Positions 37,558 through 47,162 of a DNA stretch of 64,000 nt are shown here, in pieces; position 1 is the first letter of the stretch, and every line of letters starts with the position of its first letter. Source of the DNA: Nitrosopumilaceae archaeon. GTDB taxonomy: Archaea > Thermoproteota > Nitrososphaeria > Nitrososphaerales > Nitrosopumilaceae. The stretch covers positions 96,001 through 160,000 of the forward strand of contig CBDBCR010000003.1 of assembly GCA_965203465.1 (NCBI GenBank), written 5' to 3'. A program made the translations under genes and the position numbers. Under the pieces are notes generated by a model. The model worked only from the letters and a program-made list of their open reading frames with translations. It made no database searches and was not told the DNA's origin.

Positions 37558-38913
37558 TCAGATCGTCATTCTGCCGCGTTTCTTGTTCTCTGCCCTAAGA
37601 CCAGACAGAGTAAGTTTGTTGCTCTTGATCCTGTTACAAGGACTGCACAAGAGAACTCTGTTGCGGATATGGTTGATGCCCCCGTCCGACCTGGGCATGT
37701 TGTGATCAATTTCCAAATACAGCGGATCGTCAAACACTCTGTAACACCCGGCGCATTTTAGCCCGTTTACACGGGCCAATTCGTCAAACATTTCTTGGCG
37801 AGACATCGCCTTTTCTCTAGGCTCTCGCATCTTCACTTTCAAGAACGGAGTTGCGACAACCCCGTCATCAGTGCGTTCTGGTGCGGCTGTCTTGTAATAC
37901 ACCTTGCCTTCAGATATTATGAGATCGCCACGCTCTTTTTCTGGGCCGTCCAAAAAACACTCTTGTTGTAGACGCTCTATCACTTTCATATGGGCCCCGT
38001 CCCATACGTCGATTCCGATCCACCGCCGGTTCAGTTTTTCAGCCGCAATCAGCGTTGTCGCGCAACCACAAAATGGATCAAGGACTACATCCCCTTGGTT
38101 GGAAGAAGCGCTGATGAATTTCATGTAAAGATCCACGGGTTTTTGGGTAGGGTAATCAGTGCGCTCTTTCGCAGTAGCTGATAAAAGCGGTATGTCTATC
38201 ACATCGCCTTGTAGTTTTCCTTTCGGATAGACTTTGCCATAATATATGTCGCCGTTGGTTCGTCGACGTTTTACCAATGCATACTTTCTGCCGTCTTTGT
38301 CTACCTTGTTGTATCGAGACATGGATTTGTCCTTGTATTCCCCGAACACTTTGTTCCAAGTGTAGCGTTGCTTTGACTTTGAATACAGAAACACAGTATC
38401 GTGTTCTTGCTGGTATCTGTTTTTTCTGGGAGTTCCTCGGTACCCCTTGTACCATATCACCTCATTGACGAAGTTTGTTTTCCCGAACACTGCATCCATC
38501 AATTCTTTTAGATAATGCGAAGCCGTCGGATCGCAGTGGAGGTGTATTGAACCTGCTTCTTTCAGTATGCGTCGCATCTCCACGAGTCTAACCGCAATAA
38601 AGCACAAAAATGCACCCATATCGTCACCATAACTGCTTCGGGAGCCTTCTATCACATGATATGTGTTGGGCCAGTCTTCAATCAACTGATCCACCCATTC
38701 AGGATGAACGTCGTTTTCCCAAGTCCAGCGGTCTTGGAACTTGGCTCCACTTGAACGAGAATCTAGTTTTGCGAAAAAATCTCGGCCTTTGTTGAATGGT
38801 GGATCAGTTGCGATCAAGTCGACGGTGTTTGTGTTTATGCCCCTCAAAATAGGCAGGTTGTCTTGATGGTACAGGGTACGAGTCTCCCAGTTTGGCTCGC
38901 CGTCGCTCCTCAC
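37558..38913 (-). CDS. Beta-class adenine DNA methyltransferase fused to a C-terminal HNH endonuclease domain
   Basis: DPPFN, YPTQKP, DPFCGCATT, then CAGC..LEIDH..GGINHIRN..LCSPCN..K; low GC. Confidence 0.85.
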   Translation of the reverse strand: MRSDGEPNWETRTLYHQDNLPILRGINTNTVDLIATDPPFNKGRDFFAKLDSRSSGAKFQDRWTWENDVHPEWVDQLIEDWPNTYHVIEGSRSSYGDDMGAFLCFIAVRLVEMRRILKEAGSIHLHCDPTASHYLKELMDAVFGKTNFVNEVIWYKGYRGTPRKNRYQQEHDTVFLYSKSKQRYTWNKVFGEYKDKSMSRYNKVDKDGRKYALVKRRRTNGDIYYGKVYPKGKLQGDVIDIPLLSATAKERTDYPTQKPVDLYMKFISASSNQGDVVLDPFCGCATTLIAAEKLNRRWIGIDVWDGAHMKVIERLQQECFLDGPEKERGDLIISEGKVYYKTAAPERTDDGVVATPFLKVKMREPREKAMSRQEMFDELARVNGLKCAGCYRVFDDPLYLEIDHNMPRSDGGINHIRNRVLLCSPCNRIKSNKLTLSGLRAENKKRGRMTI

Positions 38914-38957
38914 AGAGCGTCACCCTCTCTCTTAGGTGTAGGTCTTAGGTGTAGGTC

Positions 38958-40065
38958 TATTCTGCCGATCAGAGAAGATTTCGCCTGTAGAACAAAGTGT
39001 CCATAAATCTTATAGATCTCGGGTGAGGGTGTCAGGTCATGGACAAGATTCGGGAACTGACGGAGGCCATGCACGCGGAGAAAGATGCAAACATTCAAAA
39101 CCAGTTAATTGGAGTGCGCTGGGTTTTGTTGGGGCATTCCACCGCAGACACGTCCAGCCTGCTTGATGTGAATCAGCGCACGGTGCAGTTGTGGTTGAAA
39201 CGGTACAAGAAGAAAGGCATCGAAGGCCTCCGCGATGCCCCCCGCGATGCCCCCCGCGCCGGCCAAGAACCAAGAGTCTCGTACGGACGCCTGGCAAAGA
39301 TCGCGCTGAGGCTGTACATGAAGAACATGCTGACTCCCAAAAAGATGCTCAAGTGGACTGAGCAGAAGCTGGGCATAAGGTACAGCCTCGAAAACATAAG
39401 GCGTATCCTCCGCGTCTTGGGGTTCTCGCGCAAGACATCCGTGACAAAGCTCGCCGATGCCGCCGATCCGAAGGAGGTAGAAAAGTGGCAGATAGACGTG
39501 AAAAGAATAATCGTGAACGCGAAAAAGCGCGGTTTTATCATAACAATACAGGACGAATCGATATTCGTCAACATGGGCACGGACGGGCTGAAGCTCTGGG
39601 GGCCCAAGGGGGAGAGGGTGGTCGTAGAAAGATCGGGCCGCAGGCTCTTCGTCGTGGTGTACGGCACGATCGCCGAAGACGGCACCAGGCTGATGCGCAC
39701 CTACGACAAATTCAACAGCGCCAACTTCGTGGACTATCTGGAGCAGGCGCGCAGAAAATGGGGCAAGGTTTTGATGATCATGGACAATGCGGCGCAGCAC
39801 AAGTCGAAAAAAACACGCAGGTATCTGGAGCAGAATCCCGACGTCATGGTGGTGTACCTGCCGGTTGCACGGCCAGAGCTGAGCGCCATAGAGGCGATAT
39901 GGAAGCAGGCAAAGTACAGGCTGATCACGTCGGAATTTTACAAGACGGTTGATGATCTGAAGGCGGCGGTCTCGGAATATTTCCGAACCTGCTCGATCAA
40001 CATCGACATCTATACATATTTGATGCGTCACGTATGAGGCGAAATCTTCAATGCCCGCCAGAATA
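38958..40065 (+). mobile_element. IS630-family insertion sequence
   Basis: Imperfect TIR TATTCTGCCGATCAGAGAAGATTTCGCCT / AGGCGAAATCTTCAATGCCCGCCAGAATA, with TA at both ends. Confidence 0.85.
39039..40037 (+). CDS. IS630-family transposase
   Basis: HTH N-terminus; QDES, MDNAAQH and PELSAIEAIW (DDE). Confidence 0.9.
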   Translation: MDKIRELTEAMHAEKDANIQNQLIGVRWVLLGHSTADTSSLLDVNQRTVQLWLKRYKKKGIEGLRDAPRDAPRAGQEPRVSYGRLAKIALRLYMKNMLTPKKMLKWTEQKLGIRYSLENIRRILRVLGFSRKTSVTKLADAADPKEVEKWQIDVKRIIVNAKKRGFIITIQDESIFVNMGTDGLKLWGPKGERVVVERSGRRLFVVVYGTIAEDGTRLMRTYDKFNSANFVDYLEQARRKWGKVLMIMDNAAQHKSKKTRRYLEQNPDVMVVYLPVARPELSAIEAIWKQAKYRLITSEFYKTVDDLKAAVSEYFRTCSINIDIYTYLMRHV

Positions 40066-40258
40066 GGTTCGGACATGCCCCCCTTTCCAAATCCCATATT
40101 TGAGTCACCGCCATAGCGGATTCCTGCAAATCGGTGTAAGACGGGATCGGGTGGTAAAGGTGCCTAATTCCACCGAATCTGTCGGCTGCGCTGTGAGCCA
40201 TCTGCACGAACGGTTCTTTCACCACGCTTCGGTTCCCGGCAGGCTCATTTAACTGACG

Positions 40259-41855
40259 GTAACTGTTCACGTCGTTTAGGCCCGTTTACGCGTACGGCAG
40301 CAGCTCCTTCACGTAGTCCAGGCCCTGGTTCTTCCAGGTGGCGATGCACGTGAAGATGTTGCCGTAGATCTCCATGCTCTCCTCCGCCCTGAGGCTGCCG
40401 CGGATCTTGCGGTGGATGACTATCTCGCGCAGGCCGCGCTCGGCCGCGTTGTTGGTCGGCTGTATGCGCGGGTCCAGCACGAACGCGAACAGGTCGTCGG
40501 CCGCGCCTTCCAGCTTGACGAGGAACGGCCGCGAGACCGAGCTGCCCCAGTTGTCGTCGATGATGCGCCGCACGCAGCCCAGCAGCGCCGCGCGGACGCG
40601 GGCGCGCCTGGCCTTGCTCATGCGCTTTCCGGACGCGTCGCACGCGGTCCCGAAGACGCCGCGCAGCCTCTCGAGTATGTCGCGCGCGGCCGCGCTGTCG
40701 GGGTGCGCCCGGAGCAGGTACCTGGCCTCGCGCAGGATGTGCGCCCAGCAGCGCTGGCGCCTCCACCCGTTGTACGACCTCCACCCGTCGCAGACGATCA
40801 CTCCCCTGAATCCGGGCAGCACGTCGCGCAGCACGTCGCGCCCCCTGCTCGGGCGCACCACGAACAGCGAGTTGCCCGTCAGGGGGTCGAGGAAGATCCA
40901 CACCCAGACGAGCTCGCCGTTGAGTTTGAACGATGTCTCGTCGATGTGCAGCACGCCGGCGCGCTGCATGGCCAGGATCATGGCCTCGACGAACGGCTTC
41001 ATGTTGCGCCCCGTCCTGGCCAGCACGTTGCTTACCGTGCCTACGGAGACCGCCAGGCCGTCCCGGCCCATCCTGCGGGCGTTCATCCTGTGCGTCAGGC
41101 GGTCGTCGAAGTTGCTCACGACGCGCCCGCACGCGTTGCGGCCCAGCTCGCCGGCGCTCGGCAGGCCGGCGTCGGGCTCCATGCCCTTTTGGCCGCACCG
41201 ACAGCATTCGTAGACGTTTATCGTGTGGCGCGTGGTGACCGGCTCCGCGGGGGGAGGCGTCTCCGTGACGTTGCGGGTCTTTTGCCCGGTGTTCTTTATG
41301 CTGTCGGACCCGCAGTTGGGGCACTCGCTCATCGTGTGCTCCTCGAACTCGGTGGGCTCGGGCTTGCTGGTCTTGCCCGGGTGCCCCTTTTGCGCGCCCT
41401 GCTTCCTGCCGGACTTGGGCCTGTCCCTGTTCTTTTTGGCGGCGATCATTTTCTGGGTGTACGTCATCTTGGACGACGGGGTGTGCGCGTTGTCGTGGAT
41501 CTTGTTGATCTTTTCCAGCTCCTTCACCCTGCGGGCGAGCCGCGCCGACCTGTCGTCGGACTTGAGCCTCGCCTCCCTCTCGTCTTCGAGCGCCTGCCTG
41601 AGGAGCGCATTCTCGGCATCCGAGCGCAGCTTGTCGCGCTCGGCCCGGTCGGCTCTGTCCGTCTCGACGTTCAGCCGCATCTTGACCTGCTGCAGCTCGG
41701 TCCTTGCCCCCTTGAACTTGTGCTTCCACTCGGCGCACTTGCGGGTCGCTTCCCTGCAATCCAACGGCTGGCGTAAAAACGTACTAGTATTTAGATCGCT
41801 GCTGTCAAAAAAATTCACCAAGGGGTGAAAATTCAGGCACTACGTGAACAGTTAC
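40259..41855 (-). mobile_element. IS66-family element (single-ORF, ISBst12-like) with an 8-bp target duplication
   Basis: TIR GTAACTGTTCACGT / ACGTGAACAGTTAC; AACTGACG at 40251-40258 and 41856-41863. Confidence 0.95.
40286..41821 (-). CDS. IS66-family transposase
   Basis: Coiled coil, GAQKGHPG, CPNCG zinc finger, HIDET, VCDGW, QRCWAHILRE, TNNAAERGLR. Confidence 0.95.
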   Translation of the reverse strand: MVNFFDSSDLNTSTFLRQPLDCREATRKCAEWKHKFKGARTELQQVKMRLNVETDRADRAERDKLRSDAENALLRQALEDEREARLKSDDRSARLARRVKELEKINKIHDNAHTPSSKMTYTQKMIAAKKNRDRPKSGRKQGAQKGHPGKTSKPEPTEFEEHTMSECPNCGSDSIKNTGQKTRNVTETPPPAEPVTTRHTINVYECCRCGQKGMEPDAGLPSAGELGRNACGRVVSNFDDRLTHRMNARRMGRDGLAVSVGTVSNVLARTGRNMKPFVEAMILAMQRAGVLHIDETSFKLNGELVWVWIFLDPLTGNSLFVVRPSRGRDVLRDVLPGFRGVIVCDGWRSYNGWRRQRCWAHILREARYLLRAHPDSAAARDILERLRGVFGTACDASGKRMSKARRARVRAALLGCVRRIIDDNWGSSVSRPFLVKLEGAADDLFAFVLDPRIQPTNNAAERGLREIVIHRKIRGSLRAEESMEIYGNIFTCIATWKNQGLDYVKELLPYA

Positions 41856-41894
41856 AACTGACGCGGTACCAATCCCAAATTTTGTAAAGGTTCC

Positions 41895-42330
41895 TCAGAC
41901 GGCCCCGCCCGGCCGCCGGGATCGGCGACCGGGATCGGGTGCCAGCGACAGCGCCATCTCGTTCACCGTTTCATCGAGTTTTTCCCTCGCGCCCCCGGAT
42001 GCCGCCAGCTTGCGGAACAGCGAGGCCATCTTCAGCGCGTCCTTTCTGCTGATCTCGCCGACTGGCATGGCGGGCAGCTCCAGCAGGTCGCCCGGCTCGA
42101 ATTTGTGCAGCCCGCTGCCGTACTCGCGCCTCGCCCGCTTCTGCACGGCCGCGCACAGCTCCGAGTTGAGGTAGCACAGCAGCGCCTCTGTCAGGCGGTC
42201 GTCGCCGAAGCGCGGGTACACGCCGTGGTACGACGCGAGGTTCAGGCAGCCGGCCCTGTTGCGGATGAACCTCATGTTGTCCCTGCTGAAGACCGTCGAG
42301 AGCACGGGCGCGGCGGGCCGGCCCCGCCCG
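41895..42330 (-). pseudogene. C-terminal remnant of an Eco57I/TaqI-like DNA methyltransferase target-recognition region
   Basis: FSRDNMRFIRN..YHGVYP..LLCYLNS..REYGSGLHKFEPGDLLELP; no catalytic N-terminus. Confidence 0.6.
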
Positions 42331-42373
42331 GCGCTCACCGCGCGCCAAAGCGCGGCGCCGATCAAAAGGCGCG

Positions 42374-44539
42374 CTACCCGTAGAACGCCTTGTCTGCCGC
42401 GCGCGGCACCGCGTCGGACATGCTCTGCCGCACCGAGTCGTACCACGCGTCCACGTCCTTCGATATGGACGGGCGCACGTTCTCCAGGCCGGCGGCGAAG
42501 TTGGCGCTGCTTATCTTCTCAGAGCCCTCCCTCATGGCGTGCACGGCGGCCTCGCGGCACAGCGCCGCCAGGTCGGCCCCGGTGTAGTTGCGCGTGGCCA
42601 CGGCCACCTCCTCGGGCCGCACGTCGGCGGCCAGCGGCATGCCCTCCGTGAGGGCCCGTATTATCTCGAGGCGCCCGGCCTCGTCTGGCGGCGGCACGTA
42701 CAGCACCAGGTCCAGGCGGCCGGTGCGCAGCAGGGCGCGGTCGAGCAGATCCGGCCGGTTGGTCATGCCCAGCACCACCACGCGCGAGGACGACCCCACG
42801 TCCTCCATCTCGGTGAGCATCTGCGTGAGTATGCTGTCGCCTGCGTGCGTGCCGTCCTCGGATCGGTTGCGCGCGAGCGCGTCCATCTCGTCAAAGACCA
42901 CCACGCACGGGGACGCGGCCTTTGCCTTGCGGAATATCTCGCGGACAGCCTTTTCCGATTCTCCGACCCACTTTGACAGTATGCCGGGCCCGCGCACCAT
43001 TATCAGGTTGGCGCCGCTCTCGGAGGCAAGCGCCCTGCCCAGCAGGGTCTTGCCGCACCCGGGCGGGCCGTACAGCAGCGCCCCGCGCGGCGGCCTCACC
43101 CCCATCCTGGCGAACTTTGATGGATCGCGCAGGGCCGCCACGAGGTTGTCCTCCAGCGACTGCTTTGCGCCGCCGAGGCCGCCCACCTCGCCCCACGACA
43201 CGCGCGGCCGCTCCACGTAAAACTCGCGCATGGCCGTGGGCACGACCTCGTGCATGGCCTCGTAAAAGTCGCCCGGCTGCACCTCCATCGACTTTAGCAC
43301 GCGCGCCGGGATCTTTTCGGTCTCGAGGTCTATGGACGGCAGGTACCTGCGCATGGCGTGGAGCGCGGCCTCGCGGCACAGCGAGCGTATGTCCGCCCCC
43401 GTGTACCCGTGCAGGTCCGAGGCCAGCCCCTTCAGATCCACGCCGCCGGCAAGAGGCATGCCGCGCGTGTGTATCTGCAGTATCTCGTGCCTGCCGTCCT
43501 CGTTGGGGACCGATATCTCGAACTCGCGGTCGAACCTGCCGGGCCTGCGCAGCGCGGGATCCACCCCGTCGGGCCGGTTGGTCGCGCCGAGCACCACCAC
43601 GTTGCCCCGCTCGTCGAGGCCGTCCATGAGGGCGAGCAGCTGCGCGACCACGCGCTTTTCCACGTCGCCGTATGCCTCCTCCCTGCGCGGGGCCAGCGCG
43701 TCTATCTCGTCGATGAACAGGATGCTCGGCGAGTTGTCGCGCGCCTCCTGGAATATCTCGCGCAGGCGCGCCTCGGATTCCCCGTAGTACTTGTTCATGA
43801 TTTCGGGGCCGTTTATGGAGTACATGGACGCCTCGGATTCGCTTGCCAGCGCCTTTGCCAGCATGGTCTTGCCGCAGCCCGGCGGGCCGTACAGCAGCAC
43901 GCCGCTGTGCGCCTCGATGCCCAGCCTGGCAGAGACCTCGGGGTGGCGCAGGGGCACCTCGACTATCTCCTTCATGGCCGAGATGGCCGGCCCCAGGCCG
44001 CCGACCTCCTCGTACGTCACGCTCGGCTTGCGGTCCATCGATTCGGCAGATATGGACAGGTCCGTCGAGCGCCCTATGCGCGCCACCGAGCGCGGCAGGA
44101 CGCGGGCCACCTTGAAGTCCATCGAGTTGCCCAGTATCATCACGGAGATCTCGTCGCCCTGCGATACGGGCATGCCGTTGAGCCTCCCGCGCACGAACTC
44201 CACAAAGTCGCCGTCCTGCGCGACCGGCTCGCCGAGCGGCACCAGCGAGGCCGACTTTGCCGCCCGCGACTGCACGCGCCGCACCCGGACGGGCTCGCCC
44301 AGCGAGGCGCCCGAATTCTTGCGCGTCTGCCCGTCGATGCGGACCAGGTCGGCCGAGCGCTCGTCCTCGTCGGCGGGCCACACCACGGCGCTGCTCGTGC
44401 GGGCGCCGCGCACCTCGACTACGTCGCCGGGCGCCGCGTTGAGCGCGTCCATGGCCGACGGGCCGATGCGCGCGCGCTTTTTGCCGATGTCGCGCTGCTT
44501 GGCCTCGCCCACCTTCATCTCGAGGCCCGGGCGCGCCAT
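42374..44539 (-). CDS. cdc48: CDC48/VCP-family AAA+ ATPase
   Basis: N-domain plus two GPPGCGKT Walker A motifs; RRPGRFDRE. Confidence 0.95.
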   Translation of the reverse strand: MARPGLEMKVGEAKQRDIGKKRARIGPSAMDALNAAPGDVVEVRGARTSSAVVWPADEDERSADLVRIDGQTRKNSGASLGEPVRVRRVQSRAAKSASLVPLGEPVAQDGDFVEFVRGRLNGMPVSQGDEISVMILGNSMDFKVARVLPRSVARIGRSTDLSISAESMDRKPSVTYEEVGGLGPAISAMKEIVEVPLRHPEVSARLGIEAHSGVLLYGPPGCGKTMLAKALASESEASMYSINGPEIMNKYYGESEARLREIFQEARDNSPSILFIDEIDALAPRREEAYGDVEKRVVAQLLALMDGLDERGNVVVLGATNRPDGVDPALRRPGRFDREFEISVPNEDGRHEILQIHTRGMPLAGGVDLKGLASDLHGYTGADIRSLCREAALHAMRRYLPSIDLETEKIPARVLKSMEVQPGDFYEAMHEVVPTAMREFYVERPRVSWGEVGGLGGAKQSLEDNLVAALRDPSKFARMGVRPPRGALLYGPPGCGKTLLGRALASESGANLIMVRGPGILSKWVGESEKAVREIFRKAKAASPCVVVFDEMDALARNRSEDGTHAGDSILTQMLTEMEDVGSSSRVVVLGMTNRPDLLDRALLRTGRLDLVLYVPPPDEAGRLEIIRALTEGMPLAADVRPEEVAVATRNYTGADLAALCREAAVHAMREGSEKISSANFAAGLENVRPSISKDVDAWYDSVRQSMSDAVPRAADKAFYG

Positions 44540-44540
44540 G

Positions 44541-44822
44541 TCACTTCATGTCTACGGACATGCGGCTCTGCTGGAGTATCTCCATCTCGCTGACGCCCTC
44601 GACGCCGCGCACCGCCGACTCCGTGCCCTCCAAGAGGCCCCCCGCGTCGTCCATGACCAGCTGCAGCTTCAGGTAGTGTATGCCGAAGGCAAGCGGCTCC
44701 TTGGAGTGGCCGCGCACCGACACCCCGCCTGGCAGCGCCGACTTTATCGATTCTGCCATCGAATCCAAGTCCACCTCGGCGCCGGACGGTAGCACCTTGT
44801 ACACCAGCAGCAGCTTGGCCAA
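44541..44822 (-). CDS. ef1b: Translation elongation factor aEF-1beta
   Basis: KVLP..EVDLD, EPLAFGI; TTG start. Confidence 0.9.
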   Translation of the reverse strand: MAKLLLVYKVLPSGAEVDLDSMAESIKSALPGGVSVRGHSKEPLAFGIHYLKLQLVMDDAGGLLEGTESAVRGVEGVSEMEILQQSRMSVDMK

Positions 44823-44824
44823 GG

Positions 44825-45001
44825 CTACGGCCCCCCGAACCCGCACCCGCAAGAGTATTCTTTTGCCGACTCGCGGCAGCTCTGGCAGCGCCAGATCTCG
44901 ATCTGGCCGCATTCCGGGCAGCCGAATTTCACGCACTTGTCGTTGGGCATTATGTGCCTGCTGCAGCAGCTGCAGACGGGCAGCGACATGGCGGACGACA
45001 C
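44825..45001 (-). CDS. Small zinc-ribbon protein (DUF1610/HVO_2753-like; absent from the ORF track)
   Basis: CSCCSRHI..FGCPECGQIEIWRCQSCRE..YSCGCGFGGP; usual position upstream of EF-1beta. Confidence 0.85.
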   Translation of the reverse strand: MSSAMSLPVCSCCSRHIMPNDKCVKFGCPECGQIEIWRCQSCRESAKEYSCGCGFGGP

Positions 45002-45074
45002 TGCGCGCGCGGCCCGGGCGTGCTCATTTATACGTTCGCGAACACTTTAAGCCGGCCGCCCGGCGCGCCGGGGG

Positions 45075-46496
45075 GTGGAAAGGGCCGGAAAGTTCGAGTA
45101 CAGGATAGAGCCGCGCGACGGCATGCGCGTGCCGGTGCGCGTGTACGCGGGCGAGGCCCTCGCCGCCAAGATGTCCTCGGACAGGACGCTCGGGCAGGCG
45201 GCCAACGTGGCCTCGCTGCCCGGCATCGTCGGGCACGTGGTGGTCCTGCCCGACGGCCACGAGGGGTACGGGTTCCCGGTAGGAGGGGTGGCAGCGACGG
45301 ACGAAAAGGAGGGCGTCGTCAGCCCCGGCGGCGTGGGCTACGACATCAACTGCGGCGTGCGCCTCATAAGGACCCCGCTGGAGGCCTCGAAAATAGGCCC
45401 AAAGATTCCAGAGCTTGCGACCGAGCTGTTCCGCTCCATACCGTCCGGCGTCGGATCAAAGGGGGCCGTGCGGCTCTCCGGGGGGCAGCTCGACGAGGTG
45501 ATGGTGCGCGGCGCGCGCTGGGCCGTCGACAACGGCTACGGCGCGGCGGGCGACGCCGAGGTGTGCGAGGAGGGAGGCAGCATGGCCGGCGCCGATCCGG
45601 GCCGCGTCTCGGAGAGGGCGCGCAAGCGCGGCGCCCCGCAGCTGGGGAGCCTGGGCTCGGGCAACCACTTTCTGGAGATCCAGAGGGTCGAGAGCGTGCA
45701 CGACGAGCGGGCCGCGCGCGCCATGGGCCTCGAGGAGGGCATGGTGACCGTGCTAGTGCACTGCGGCTCGCGCGGGTTCGGCCACCAGGTGTGCAGCGAC
45801 TACCTGCGCGTGGCAGAGCAGGCCATGCAAAAGTACGGCATACGCCTGCCCGACCGCGAGCTTGCGTGCGTGCCCAACGGCTCCGAGGAGGGCGCGTCGT
45901 ACAGGGCCGCCATGGCGGCCGCGCTCAACTTCGCGTGGGCCAACCGGCAGATGCTCACGCACTGGACGCGCAAGGCGGTCTCGCGCGTGGCCGGCATCGC
46001 GGAGGACGCGATGGAACTTGTATACGACGTCTCGCACAACATAGCAAAGACCGAAGAGCACCGCGTGGACGGAAAGCTCAGGCGCGTGGTGGTCCACCGC
46101 AAGGGCGCCACGCGCGCGTTCCCGGCCGGGCGCGGCGAGGTGCCCTCCAGGTACCGCTCCACGGGGCAGCCAGTATTCATACCCGGCTCGATGGGGACGG
46201 CGAGCTGGGTGCTGCTGGGCGGGCCAGGCTCGATGGAGCTCAGCTTTGGCTCGACGGCGCACGGGGCCGGCAGGACGATGTCCAGATCAAGGGCCAAGAG
46301 GCAGTACACCGAAGAGCAGGTGCGCGGCGAGCTCGGCGAGCGCGGCATACAGGTGCGGGCGCTCACGCGCAACGGCGTGGTCGAAGAGGCGCCGCAGGCC
46401 TACAAGGACGTCGACGCCGTCGCCGAGGTCTCCGATTCGCTGGGCATAGCCACCAAGGTGGCGAGGCTCGTCCCCATGGGGGTGATAAAGGGGTGA
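45075..46496 (+). CDS. rtcB: RNA ligase RtcB (tRNA-splicing ligase)
   Basis: PDGHEGYGFPVGG, GYDINCG, GSGNHF, HRKGAT, HGAGR, EEAPQAYK. Confidence 0.95.
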   Translation: MERAGKFEYRIEPRDGMRVPVRVYAGEALAAKMSSDRTLGQAANVASLPGIVGHVVVLPDGHEGYGFPVGGVAATDEKEGVVSPGGVGYDINCGVRLIRTPLEASKIGPKIPELATELFRSIPSGVGSKGAVRLSGGQLDEVMVRGARWAVDNGYGAAGDAEVCEEGGSMAGADPGRVSERARKRGAPQLGSLGSGNHFLEIQRVESVHDERAARAMGLEEGMVTVLVHCGSRGFGHQVCSDYLRVAEQAMQKYGIRLPDRELACVPNGSEEGASYRAAMAAALNFAWANRQMLTHWTRKAVSRVAGIAEDAMELVYDVSHNIAKTEEHRVDGKLRRVVVHRKGATRAFPAGRGEVPSRYRSTGQPVFIPGSMGTASWVLLGGPGSMELSFGSTAHGAGRTMSRSRAKRQYTEEQVRGELGERGIQVRALTRNGVVEEAPQAYKDVDAVAEVSDSLGIATKVARLVPMGVIKG

Positions 46497-46870
46497 GCGG
46501 CGATCCGGAGCTGGACAGGCTCATGGCCAAGAGGATGGAGGAGATGCGCCGCAGCGCCGAGCGCCCCGAGCCCGAGCCCGAAAAGCCCGGCGCGCGCGCG
46601 GCCCTGGTGGCGGCGCTGGGGCACCGCGGCATGGAGGTGCTGGAGAACGCCGAGCGGCAGTTTCCCGGCTCCGCCCCGGCCGTCGTGGAGCAGCTGGGCA
46701 GGCTGCTGATCTCGGGGGCCGCGATCGGCCCCGTCGACGGCGGCGAGCTGCTGGCCGTGTTCAGATCCGTCGGCCTGGACGTGCGCGTCTCTACTACCAT
46801 ACGCGTCGAAAAGGACGGCAAGATGGTCAGCCTGGCGGACAGGATGGCGGGCGGATCCGATGAACTTTGA
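46493..46870 (+). CDS. PDCD5/TFAR19-like DNA-binding protein homolog
   Basis: DPELDRLMAKRMEEM..; coupled to rtcB. Confidence 0.65.
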   Translation: MSGDPELDRLMAKRMEEMRRSAERPEPEPEKPGARAALVAALGHRGMEVLENAERQFPGSAPAVVEQLGRLLISGAAIGPVDGGELLAVFRSVGLDVRVSTTIRVEKDGKMVSLADRMAGGSDEL

Positions 46871-47162
46871 GATCGGCAGCGCCTCGTACGGCGAGGACTC
46901 TGTTCGCATAAAGACGGCCTTTTCCCACCTAGAGACGCGCTGCTCGGCGCAGGGCGGCTTCAGCTCCGGCGAGCCCGTCTCCCGGATGGGCTGGACGTTC
47001 TTTACGGTCTCGCTGCGCGCCGACCTGGAGGACGGGATAGCATCGGTCTTTGGCGACATGGTATCGAGGTACAGCGAAAAAGAGCCGGAGAAAAAGACCG
47101 CCCGGTTCCTTTCCGACTATCTTGAGTCGCGCGGCTGCTCCGTCAAGGTCAGGCCGGCCTAG
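46860..47162 (+). CDS. Hypothetical protein
   Basis: 100-aa ORF coupled to the upstream gene. Confidence 0.65.
   Translation: MNFEIGSASYGEDSVRIKTAFSHLETRCSAQGGFSSGEPVSRMGWTFFTVSLRADLEDGIASVFGDMVSRYSEKEPEKKTARFLSDYLESRGCSVKVRPA

Larger units (their letters stand above)
38910..41878 (-). pseudogene. Small ORF translationally coupled to the MTase-HNH gene, split by IS630 and IS66
   Basis: Removing both IS elements and one copy of each target duplication restores one frame, LGLVPRQLNEPAGNRS...WDLERGACPNLDLHLRPTPKREGDAL*, whose TGA overlaps the MTase GTG. Confidence 0.5.
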
